Shown: positions 9,856-17,856, numbered from the stretch's first letter. The stretch is DNA of 64,000 nt from an uncultured Dehalococcoidales bacterium (GCA_964548415.1 CAZJQG010000004.1:4259-68258), one strand, 5' to 3'. The notes: a model not told the origin generated them from the letters alone. Numbers and translations: made by a program.

Positions 9856-11463
9856 TTAATTATTATTTTGTTGTTTAAAACTCATATTGAGCTTCCCGGC
9901 CAGCTCTATGACGTCGCCGTCCTCGAGCGCATGACGGCCGGTACCCTTGATATCCATACCGTTGACCCTGGTGCCGTTGGTGCTGCTGCGGTCTTCGATG
10001 TAGTAACGTCCCTTTTCGGTCCAGATATTGATATGCTGGCGTGATATATATGAGACCTGCGAAGCAGACATTAATTCTTCGAAGTCGTGACGGCCGAACG
10101 AACGTGAATTTCCGGCCAGTAGTATGTCGTTGCCGTTTTTCAGCTTGAGCTTGGCCGGCGCTGCCTCCGCCACAGCCACCGGTGTGGTGGCCAGTTCCGT
10201 ATCTTCGGTATCGGTGTCTCCGGTATCGGTGTCTGCCGAAGCATTGGCCCGGGCCGCCGCAGTGGCTGCCTGGCGTAACGGACGGGCCCTGGATTGTCGC
10301 GTGCCAAGAAGTACGGCTATAACAATGACGGCTACGGCCAGCAGGGCGATAAGCCCCCACAGCAGGTAGGGAGGCTGCTCCACGCTTACGGTTGCTAAGC
10401 TCGACTGGGTAGTACCGTCGACGTAATTGGCTGTCAGCGTGTAAGTAGTTGTCTGGGCAGGCGAAACCTGTGTGGTGCCGCTGCTGCTGACGCTGCCGAT
10501 GCCAGAGATATAGACACTGACGGCTCCAGGAGCATTCCAGGTTAGCGAGGCTGACTGCCCGCTCTTTATGGTGGGCAGGCTGAGACTCAGGCTTGGCGAC
10601 ACCTTCGGCATGACAGTTACGGTAGCGGTCGATGTCACGGCGCTGCCCGATTGACCCGTGGCCGACAGCGTGTAAGTTGTGGTGGCCGAAGGAGTGACCG
10701 TGGTTGAACCGGAAGCGGCCACCGTGCCCACTCCGGGTGAAATTGTCACGCTGGTGGCGCTGGTGGTCGTCCAGGTAAGCACCACCGTCTCACCACCCTG
10801 TATGGCGGACTTGCTGGCAGTGAAGGAGCTGATGGAGGCAGGGTTATAGACGGGCGACGGTGCGTAACCTGGTATGTCCGGCGGATAATAGCCTCGGATG
10901 TAATTGAAATGGAGAATGCGGGTGGACCAGGAACCACCTGATGTGTACCACATCCTCCAGGTGTACCGACCGGAGGGGTCGAACGACTGGGCGACGAAGG
11001 GGCCGATTCTCCAGGTACCGCCATAAGGCCGATACCACCGGTAGCACAGCCAGTGTCCGTAGGGTGAAGCCGGGTAAGGGTAATATTCCCAGAGATAAAA
11101 ATAACCGGGTCCGTTGAAGGATACCACCAGGTATATAGCCTGGTTGCCGTACATGCTGGTGACAATCCGGCCGTAGGCGTCCGTTATATATGCATTGTAT
11201 ATAGAACCGGCGTAGCCGGGGGGATAAGGTGGATAAGGATATGTTTGTGTACCCGGTGATGATGTGTCTGGTGCCGCCTCACTGTATTGCTCCACCGGTA
11301 CCGGCGGCTCTACGGCCTGTCCGGCCTCTTCGGGCGGCTGCCACGATTCCTCGGGGCTGGCCGGTGGCGTAGGGTTGTCATCGGCGAATGTCAGCGAGAT
11401 TTGTACCAGCGCCACCGAGAAGACGACGACGGTAACTATCAGTGCGCTTAAGATTTTTTTCAT
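9856..11463 (-). CDS. Single-pass membrane protein: signal peptide, W/Y-rich ectodomain, three Ig-like repeats, TM helix, cytoplasmic FHA domain
   Basis: The FHA signature is FGRHDF...ISRQHINIWTEKGRYYIEDRSSTNGTRVNG...GDVIELAG. The TM segment is LLWGLIALLAVAVIVIAVLL. The Ig-like repeats are of the form TWTTTSATSVTISPGVGTV...TTTYTL. Confidence 0.85.
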   Translation of the reverse strand: MKKILSALIVTVVVFSVALVQISLTFADDNPTPPASPEESWQPPEEAGQAVEPPVPVEQYSEAAPDTSSPGTQTYPYPPYPPGYAGSIYNAYITDAYGRIVTSMYGNQAIYLVVSFNGPGYFYLWEYYPYPASPYGHWLCYRWYRPYGGTWRIGPFVAQSFDPSGRYTWRMWYTSGGSWSTRILHFNYIRGYYPPDIPGYAPSPVYNPASISSFTASKSAIQGGETVVLTWTTTSATSVTISPGVGTVAASGSTTVTPSATTTYTLSATGQSGSAVTSTATVTVMPKVSPSLSLSLPTIKSGQSASLTWNAPGAVSVYISGIGSVSSSGTTQVSPAQTTTYTLTANYVDGTTQSSLATVSVEQPPYLLWGLIALLAVAVIVIAVLLGTRQSRARPLRQAATAAARANASADTDTGDTDTEDTELATTPVAVAEAAPAKLKLKNGNDILLAGNSRSFGRHDFEELMSASQVSYISRQHINIWTEKGRYYIEDRSSTNGTRVNGMDIKGTGRHALEDGDVIELAGKLNMSFKQQNNN

Positions 11464-11592
11464 TGTGACTCTCCGAACAACATATATTTAACTAGTATAA
11501 ATATACGTCCCGGGGGAGCTGTGTGCTTGACGCGCTGCTGACAGGTCACTGACAGTTGGCTGACAAAATGGAAAACGAGGATTTTATGTGGA

Positions 11593-12663
11593 TCAAAGCA
11601 GATGAAACTTTAATGAGACAGTGCCGGCGGGCTCAATGAGGTCGCCATCTGCGAGTTTAACCGGGCCCTGGTGGCTAATGTCTTTATGGTTAAGGGTTGT
11701 GCCGTTAGCCGAGCCTAGGTCTTCGATATAGAAATGCTCCCCATCCGCTTTTACCTGAAAATGTTTTCTGGAGATGAGCGTCAATTCGTCCAGGCTCAGC
11801 GCGCGGGACAGGTCGGCGCGGCCTATCACTTGCTCTTCACCGCAAAGGCGGATAGAGTTTCCGTCCGGTAATGATATTCTGGCCCTGGCGGGTACCAGTA
11901 GCAGGTTATCTGGAAAGGATGCCGATATTTCCTCTTCTACGGACAGCCGACTTCGGCGGCGCCACAAAAAAAACAATACTAGCGCTAGTCCGATGACTAC
12001 CGCCAAGAGGCAGGCCCCCAGTACCATAGGCCTGGTGAAAAACTCTTTTAGCCGTGAGACGAAGCCCGGTTCTTCAACCGGCGTTACCGGTGGCGAAAGG
12101 GATTCGGCAGGTTTATTTTTGGTATAAGTCCAGTAGATCAGGTTGTTTGGTGAAGTCTGGTCGCTACCGGCCCACTGGTCCCCGCTGTAGAACCAGACCC
12201 GGTAGGCGTGTTGTCCCTCAGCTTCATTGTCGGTTGGCGCGAAGGGGCCAAGCCGCCACAGGCCGCTCTCTGGCAGCTGCCATTTGTACGCCAGCCACTG
12301 GCCGGGTTGGGCCTGGTCCTGCGGGAAATATTCGTAGATATAAGCCCAACCGGGTGCGTTTACGTCAAGGTCGAGATACCAGTGCTCGTCACCGGTGACG
12401 ACGGGCTCATTATTACCAGAAGCCGGCGTGAAGGCGATGATAATGCCGGGCGGCGTGGTTTCGGTTTGCGACGTAGCCCGGAGCAGTACGTATTCGACCG
12501 GCGGCTTGATTTCGTTTTGGGGCTGCTCGCCGGCGGGAGAATTGGGGATGGTGGTGTTGTCGCTGGGCGCTCCCAGGGCGGCCACCGGAGCAGCTGGCAA
12601 AATCAGCACTGCCATAGTGCTGAAGGTCAGGACGAGAGCCAGTAAAGCTAGCTTATTTTTCAT
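11593..12663 (-). CDS. Single-pass membrane protein: signal peptide, W/Y-rich ectodomain (paralogous to that of 9856..11463), TM helix, cytoplasmic FHA domain
   Basis: The FHA signature is IGRADL...ISRKHFQVKADGEHFYIEDLGSANGTTLN...GDLIEPAG. The start was moved to the internal Met (MKNKLALLALVL, a signal peptide) at 12663. The longer ORF extension overlaps the kinase gene and looks non-coding. Confidence 0.8.
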   Translation of the reverse strand: MKNKLALLALVLTFSTMAVLILPAAPVAALGAPSDNTTIPNSPAGEQPQNEIKPPVEYVLLRATSQTETTPPGIIIAFTPASGNNEPVVTGDEHWYLDLDVNAPGWAYIYEYFPQDQAQPGQWLAYKWQLPESGLWRLGPFAPTDNEAEGQHAYRVWFYSGDQWAGSDQTSPNNLIYWTYTKNKPAESLSPPVTPVEEPGFVSRLKEFFTRPMVLGACLLAVVIGLALVLFFLWRRRSRLSVEEEISASFPDNLLLVPARARISLPDGNSIRLCGEEQVIGRADLSRALSLDELTLISRKHFQVKADGEHFYIEDLGSANGTTLNHKDISHQGPVKLADGDLIEPAGTVSLKFHLL

Positions 12664-13666
12664 TTTTATCACGAGATGGGGCAGCCTTAACCTGATAGCC
12701 CTCCGCCGATGATAGAGCTGCCTTGAAGGCTTTGGCATCGGCGAATCTGCGGTCGGCGGAAAAAAGTATGCCCTGTGCCAGGCATTTGGCGGTGCGCTTG
12801 GATATGCCGCGGGAAACCAGGTAGTCGGCCACCGCGCCGGCTTCGGCGTAGGAGCGCGGCCAGTTTGATTTGAACAGGTCGAGGCAAATTTCGTTGGGAT
12901 GTTTGAGCGTAAGCATATAGATGCAGGTCTGTGCCAGACCGAATAGATCGCAGCGCTGGTCGGCATCGCCGCCGATGAACAGTTCCGGAATATCGAAGCC
13001 CTTGTTGGTTATCTTGGTGAACGGGTCGTGGCCCCCCTTGTCTTTATCGGAGCCGTTTAAGTTTTTAGCAGTGCCGAAATCAATTAGCTTGACCGTGCCG
13101 TTGTCGGCGAGCATGATGTTCTTGGGATTGATGTCCCGGTGAATGACGCCGGCTTCATGTATGTAAGACAGCGCGTCCAGCAGCTGGCAAGCCCAGGCAA
13201 TGACCTGGGGTTCCTGATACGGAGTCCGGGGCGAGGCTGCCATCAGCGTTTCCCCGTTAACGTATTCCATCACCAGGTTAAATTCTCCCTTGTAGTAAAA
13301 ATTATCAAGGTATTTGACGATGGCGGTATGTTTAAGTCGCTTCAGGTAGCTGGCTTCCAGCATCAGCTTGTCTAGGTAGACGTTGTCCATGGCGGTTCCG
13401 CGGCGCGGCGTCTTGATGATGCAGGGTTTTCCGGTCTTGCGATTGCGGCCGTACCAGATGGTGGCCATGCCGCCTTGCTTGTATGGCGGTGCTACCAGTT
13501 CGTAGCGACCGTTGACCACGTAGACGTTGTTACTGCTATGCACAGGCATTTGCGGTTTGGCTGGCGAGTATCTCCGGCGCCGGCGAACGACGAGCAGCAC
13601 GATGACCACCACTGCCAGCGTGGCCCAGACCATTATCATCAGCATCAGGGCATCATCGGGCCACAT
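12653..13666 (-). CDS. Hanks-type Ser/Thr protein kinase with only an N-terminal TM anchor
   Basis: The catalytic loop HRDINPKNIML and DFGTA are present, and the VAIK-like block is KPCIIKTP. An N-terminal hydrophobic helix (LMLMIMVWATLAVVVIVLLVV) is followed by RRRRR. There is no C-terminal sensor region. Confidence 0.9.
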   Translation of the reverse strand: MWPDDALMLMIMVWATLAVVVIVLLVVRRRRRYSPAKPQMPVHSSNNVYVVNGRYELVAPPYKQGGMATIWYGRNRKTGKPCIIKTPRRGTAMDNVYLDKLMLEASYLKRLKHTAIVKYLDNFYYKGEFNLVMEYVNGETLMAASPRTPYQEPQVIAWACQLLDALSYIHEAGVIHRDINPKNIMLADNGTVKLIDFGTAKNLNGSDKDKGGHDPFTKITNKGFDIPELFIGGDADQRCDLFGLAQTCIYMLTLKHPNEICLDLFKSNWPRSYAEAGAVADYLVSRGISKRTAKCLAQGILFSADRRFADAKAFKAALSSAEGYQVKAAPSRDKNEK

Positions 13667-14469
13667 TACGTTCTCCTCAGGCTGGTCTCGGCGGCAATCA
13701 TGGCCTGCCAGGACGGCAGATTGTCGGGTTTAACGACGATTATGGATATATTGTCCGGTCCGCCGGCCAGATTAGCCTGAGCTGTCAGGTCGGTGCAGGC
13801 CTGGTCTGGAGTGGCGGCACCGTTGACCGTCTCTGCAATTTGAGACGAAGGCAGCACACCGCAGAGGCCGTCCGAGCAAAGCAGTATGTTGTCGCCGGCA
13901 TATAGCTTTACATAATATAGGTCAGGTATAACGTTGCGGGTGTAACCCAGGACGCGGGTTATCTCGTTTTTACGAGGGTGTTTTCTGGCCTCTTCCGGGC
14001 TGATAGCACCAGCATCCACTAGTTCCTGTACCACGGAATGGTCGCGCGTGACCTGCATTATTTCTCGCTGGTTGATAACATAGCATCGGGAATCTCCAAC
14101 GTGGGCCACGTAAAGATCGCCGCCTATTACCAGAGCCGCGGTCAGTGTGGTGCCCATACCTTTTAGCTCGGCTTCGGTGGCGGAGTCCAGCACCTTGCGG
14201 TTGGCTTTCTTGAAGGCGGCGGCTAAGACCTGGAGTGGAGCGATGGGAGTTTTGGCGTGAAGGCCGAAGATACATTCGGCATGCAGCGTCTTGGTGGCCA
14301 GGTGGCTGGCGATTTCACCGGCGTTGTGGCCGCCCATGCCGTCGGCTACCGAGAACAGTCCGGCCGAGGTGGTGCCCAGGTGTGTCCTGAGGTCGAAGGT
14401 AGTGCACAGGACGCTGTCTTCGTTGAGCTCTCTCAGCAGCCCCGTATCCCAGCTGTAACCCGTTTCCAT
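13666..14469 (-). CDS. PP2C-family Ser/Thr phosphatase
   Basis: The motifs SVADGMGGHNAGEIAS, AHVGDSRCY and LLCSDGLCG are present. Its stop overlaps the kinase start (TAATG). Confidence 0.9.
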   Translation of the reverse strand: METGYSWDTGLLRELNEDSVLCTTFDLRTHLGTTSAGLFSVADGMGGHNAGEIASHLATKTLHAECIFGLHAKTPIAPLQVLAAAFKKANRKVLDSATEAELKGMGTTLTAALVIGGDLYVAHVGDSRCYVINQREIMQVTRDHSVVQELVDAGAISPEEARKHPRKNEITRVLGYTRNVIPDLYYVKLYAGDNILLCSDGLCGVLPSSQIAETVNGAATPDQACTDLTAQANLAGGPDNISIIVVKPDNLPSWQAMIAAETSLRRT

Positions 14470-14471
14470 TT

Positions 14472-15062
14472 TTATTTAACGCCTTTGAACAATTTAAAAG
14501 TTAGTGTAAGCTCCGACTGGCCGGCCAGCTCGATTTTATCGCCGCTTTTCAGAGCTTTCCTGGTCTTGCCGTGTATATCGACGCCGTTGAGTTTAGTATG
14601 GTTGGTGCTGCCCGTGCCGTCACGGCCGTAGTCTTTGACATAGTATCTGCCTCTATCGTAGGTAATGAGAATGTGCTGCCGGGATACTTTCATCAGCAAG
14701 TCCGCCGACGCTTTCCCGTCAAAGTCGCTGCGTTCGATGAAGGTGGGCTCACCGCTGAGCGTGACTATAGAACCACCGGGCATGATGATCCTGGCTTTGG
14801 GCGACGGATGTGGCACGCTCTTTTTAGTTGTAGAGGGAAGCCGGCTTATCTTGGTCGGCTCTGCCTCAGCAAAGTATTTGCCGCAGGCGTAGCAAAAGAA
14901 GCTGGCAGCGTTATTGGAGTGCCGGCAGCGCGGGCAGATGATTTTGCGGGCGGGCTCGTCCTGTGATGCGGCCAGGGGCAGCCCGCATTTATGGCAGACT
15001 TTTTCATTCGCCTCGTTCCTGGCGTGGCAGGCCCGGCAAGTAATTTTAGCCCGTTTACGCAT
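14472..15062 (-). CDS. Double zinc-ribbon plus FHA domain protein (cytoplasmic)
   Basis: Two CxxC-x10-12-CxxC ribbons (CRACHARNEANEKVCHKCG; CPRCRHSNNAASFFCYACG) are followed by FHA (VSRQHILITYDRGRYYVKDYG...STNHTKLNG...GDKIELAG). Confidence 0.85.
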   Translation of the reverse strand: MRKRAKITCRACHARNEANEKVCHKCGLPLAASQDEPARKIICPRCRHSNNAASFFCYACGKYFAEAEPTKISRLPSTTKKSVPHPSPKARIIMPGGSIVTLSGEPTFIERSDFDGKASADLLMKVSRQHILITYDRGRYYVKDYGRDGTGSTNHTKLNGVDIHGKTRKALKSGDKIELAGQSELTLTFKLFKGVK

Positions 15063-15118
15063 TGTTTTTAACAGTCCGTGGTGTTAAAGACAGTGTAGCT
15101 GATTGGTAGGGACTCTGC

Positions 15119-15147
15119 TTGACAGCTTTCTGACAAATACCTAATAT
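15119..15147 (+). promoter_or_regulatory. Sigma-70-like promoter for the FHA-wHTH regulator gene (TTGACA-17-TAATAT)
   Basis: TTGACA lies at 15119-15124, followed by a 17-nt spacer and TAATAT at 15142-15147, ~60 nt upstream of the ATG at 15211. Confidence 0.5.
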
Positions 15148-15210
15148 AAATCTGATATACTCACGGTTTAATCGCATGTATTATACTACACCGAATAAAA
15201 GGCAGCCCAA

Positions 15211-15894
15211 ATGGGTGGAGGTTACGTGGCTTCGTTAATTGTGAGGAAGGGCACCGCCGAGGACATAGGTAAAATCTTCAGCCTGGACCTGTCGCGCACT
15301 GTGGTTGGTCGGCTTACGCTGCAAAACAAACCCGATATCGAACTCAGCGCCGATGTCATTTCCAGACAGCACCTGGAGATTGTGAGTCAGGACGCTAAGT
15401 ACTGGGTGAAAGACCTGGGCAGCACCAACGGCACCACGCTTAACGACGACCGCATAATTCCTGGAAACCTATACGAGCTCAAGCACAATGCCAGGATAGG
15501 ATTGGGAGTGGAAGGGACGTCTCAGCAAACCGTCCTGGTGTTCAAGGAGTCCGAAGATACCAATATCATGCGGGCAAAAGAAGGCAGCGTACCCGCGGTA
15601 GTATCATGGCTGAAGGTAGACGAGGGCAGGAAGGAGGCCGTGGTGGACGGCAAGCCGAAGAAGCTATCCAAGAAGGAATACGACCTGCTGCTGCTGCTTT
15701 ATCGTAACGCCGGAAATATCTGCTCCCGCGACGAGATAATCGAGGCTGTCTGGCCGGAAACGAAGGACGCTTCGGCGATATCAGATGCCACCATCGACCA
15801 GCTTATTCACCGGCTGCGGGAAAAGGTGGAACCGAAACCTGCCAAACCGACGAGAATAATCAGTAAGAAGGCATTTGGCTATATGCTGGTGTAG
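15211..15894 (+). CDS. Fusion regulator: N-terminal FHA domain plus C-terminal OmpR/PhoB-type winged-helix DNA-binding domain
   Basis: The FHA block is VGRL...ISRQHLEIVSQDAKYWVKDLGSTNGTTLND. The wHTH block is LSKKEYDLLLLLYRNAGNICSRDEIIEAVWP...ATIDQLIHRLREKVE...IISKKAFGYMLV. No receiver domain is present. Confidence 0.85.
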   Translation: MGGGYVASLIVRKGTAEDIGKIFSLDLSRTVVGRLTLQNKPDIELSADVISRQHLEIVSQDAKYWVKDLGSTNGTTLNDDRIIPGNLYELKHNARIGLGVEGTSQQTVLVFKESEDTNIMRAKEGSVPAVVSWLKVDEGRKEAVVDGKPKKLSKKEYDLLLLLYRNAGNICSRDEIIEAVWPETKDASAISDATIDQLIHRLREKVEPKPAKPTRIISKKAFGYMLV

Positions 15895-15897
15895 CTG

Positions 15898-16635
15898 CTA
15901 TACGACTCTTTGTTTGAAAGCCTCGTACATCACCAGTGCGGCGGCTACGGAGGCGTTGAGCGAGTTGATCTGGCTGCGCATGGGGATATTGGCCAGGAAA
16001 TCGCACCGTTTTTTAACCAGATCGGATAAGCCTTTGCCTTCGCTACCGATGACGATGGCAGACGGTGACTTGAAGTCCATCCTGGTGTATTCGTCCTTAC
16101 CGCTGCTTTCGATGCCGATAACCCAGACATCCTTCTTCTTGAGGGTTTCGATGGCATCAGCGACGCTGGAAACGGCGGCCACGGGCACGTACCACATAGC
16201 GCCCGCCGATGCCCTGGCCACAGATGCAGTGAGGCCGGCAGCCCTTCTCTCCCGGATAACTACACCATGAACACCGCTGGCATTAGCGGTCCTGAGAATG
16301 GAGCCCAGGTTCTGAGGGTCTTCGATGCCATCGAGGATGACGTAAAGAGGCGGCTCGTTCTTTTTTGCGGAGACGGCCAGCAGGTCATCCAGGCTTACGT
16401 ATTCCTTGGGGGCAGCGTAGGCCATGACCCCCTGATTTATTTCCGTAGTGCTCTGATTGTCTATCAAGTGGCGGGGTACACGCTCCACTGGTATGTTTCT
16501 CAACCTGGCCAGGCGAGTGATTTCGGCCAAGGCATCACCCGGCCTGGTGCTGTCGGCGATAAGTATTTTGGTGATCGGATGCCCGGACTTAAGCAGTTCG
16601 ATTACCGGGTTTCTGCCTTCGATGATGAATGGCAT
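15898..16635 (-). CDS. rlmB: TrmH/SpoU-family 23S rRNA 2'-O-methyltransferase (RlmB-like)
   Basis: An N-terminal SpoU substrate-binding region (IEGRNPVIELLKSG) precedes the SpoU methylase motifs (LDGIEDPQNLGSILRTA, IGSEGKGLS, IPMRSQINSLNASVAAAL). Confidence 0.75.
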   Translation of the reverse strand: MPFIIEGRNPVIELLKSGHPITKILIADSTRPGDALAEITRLARLRNIPVERVPRHLIDNQSTTEINQGVMAYAAPKEYVSLDDLLAVSAKKNEPPLYVILDGIEDPQNLGSILRTANASGVHGVVIRERRAAGLTASVARASAGAMWYVPVAAVSSVADAIETLKKKDVWVIGIESSGKDEYTRMDFKSPSAIVIGSEGKGLSDLVKKRCDFLANIPMRSQINSLNASVAAALVMYEAFKQRVV

Positions 16636-16671
16636 GGTAAAACATATTGTAACAAAAATAAATTTTCTGTT

Positions 16672-16810
16672 TTACCCTCTCCCTGCCCTCTCCCTCAAGG
16701 GAGAGGGAGTAGTAGTTTATTAAGAGGGGCTTCGCCCCTCTTATACTCCCCGTTGGCAACGCTCCAGCAAGCACAAGGCGGAGATTCCTCGTCTCTGTTA
16801 ATGACAGGGA
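16672..16810. repeat. Mosaic intergenic hairpin-repeat element, locus R6
   Basis: TTTACCCTCTCCCTGCCCTCTCCCTCAAGGGAGAGGG is followed by TTAAGAGGGGCTTCGCCCCTCTTA and then GATTCCTCGTCTCTGTTAATGACAGG. Confidence 0.85.
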
Positions 16811-16837
16811 GTTATCTACAGCCCAGACGGAGTAAAG

Positions 16838-17449
16838 TTAATCGGTGAAGACGTAGCCGCCCTTTTTGAGGTACGAGTAGAAGGTGAGTACGGTGGAAAT
16901 AATCGCCAGGTACATCAGGGTGGCCAGTAGCCAGACCGGGCCGACATTGAAAACGGCTATTACCAGTGGCGCCAGCCAGAACCAGAAGTTGATCTTGGCG
17001 ATGCCGGTAGGGGTGGGAAACGCGATGGCCTGTTTGCGGCGTTTAAATAGGTAGGAGCCGATGCCGGCGAATACGGCCACTCCACCGGCCAGGGCGGGAA
17101 TGGCGTAGGGATACGGATTAAAGGGCATCAGACTGTTAGCCTTCGAGAATAGCCCCAAGATTACGGCTATAATCAGGCTGGGCATAAAAAGAAGCTGGTC
17201 GGCAACCATATCATAAATCGAGCCTACCAGGCTGGATTGATGCAGCCGGCGGGCTGTTAAGCCGTCGATACCATCGGTGCAGGCGGCGACTACGATGAGG
17301 ATGCCTGCTGCCAAAAATTGGTGCTGCAGCAGCAGGTAAGCGACGAATCCGGCCATGACCACGCGGATAGTGGTTACGATGTTCGGCACGTTTAGATCGA
17401 ACGTAAGTTCGGGGTTCAGTGCCTGGCTTGCTGTCTCTTTTGTTTTCAT
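16838..17449 (-). CDS. CDP-alcohol phosphatidyltransferase family protein
   Basis: The signature DG-x2-AR-x8-G-x3-D-x3-D is seen as DGLTARRLHQSSLVGSIYDMVAD. The protein is multi-TM. The start was taken at the internal Met (MKTKETAS). Confidence 0.85.
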   Translation of the reverse strand: MKTKETASQALNPELTFDLNVPNIVTTIRVVMAGFVAYLLLQHQFLAAGILIVVAACTDGIDGLTARRLHQSSLVGSIYDMVADQLLFMPSLIIAVILGLFSKANSLMPFNPYPYAIPALAGGVAVFAGIGSYLFKRRKQAIAFPTPTGIAKINFWFWLAPLVIAVFNVGPVWLLATLMYLAIISTVLTFYSYLKKGGYVFTD

Positions 17450-17614
17450 AAATATTCCCCCATCCGATTTAAACGGCAGAATAGCACGGCAGGGGATGCC
17501 TGTCAATCGTTCCTGCTCGATAATGAGTAAAGATAGACGGTTAGCCTAAAATAAACTTTTGGCGGACTGTATCGTTCTATATAGTATAGGCCAGGTTTTC
17601 TGGAGGGAGGACAC

Positions 17615-17836
17615 ATGATTCAGATTGATCAGCTGACAATGAGAGAGAAAGAGATTTTGCGTCTTATTGCCCTCGGATATTTTAACAAGCAGATCGCAGT
17701 AGATTTCAACATCAGCGAACAGGCCGTCAAAAACTATATGACCCGAATTTTACGTAAGCTGGACGCCGCCAACCGTACCGAGGCGGTCGTCAAGGCAGTT
17801 TCATCCGGTCTGGTTTCAATTGAGTCGCAAAAATAG
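17615..17836 (+). CDS. Stand-alone LuxR/GerE-type HTH transcriptional regulator (73 aa)
   Basis: LTMREKEILRLIALGYFNKQIAVDFNISEQAVKNYMTRILRKLDAANRTEA is a typical GerE HTH. GGAGGGAGG lies upstream of the ATG. Confidence 0.85.
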   Translation: MIQIDQLTMREKEILRLIALGYFNKQIAVDFNISEQAVKNYMTRILRKLDAANRTEAVVKAVSSGLVSIESQK

Positions 17837-17856
17837 TCATCGTTTTTAGCATAATT

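Noticed and set aside
12664-12966. The 101-codon N-terminal extension of ORF 11593..12966.
   Set aside because: The extension overlaps the 3' end of the kinase gene in another frame and is Pro/Arg/Ala-rich junk. The internal Met at 12663 is followed by a textbook signal peptide matching the paralogous FHA proteins.
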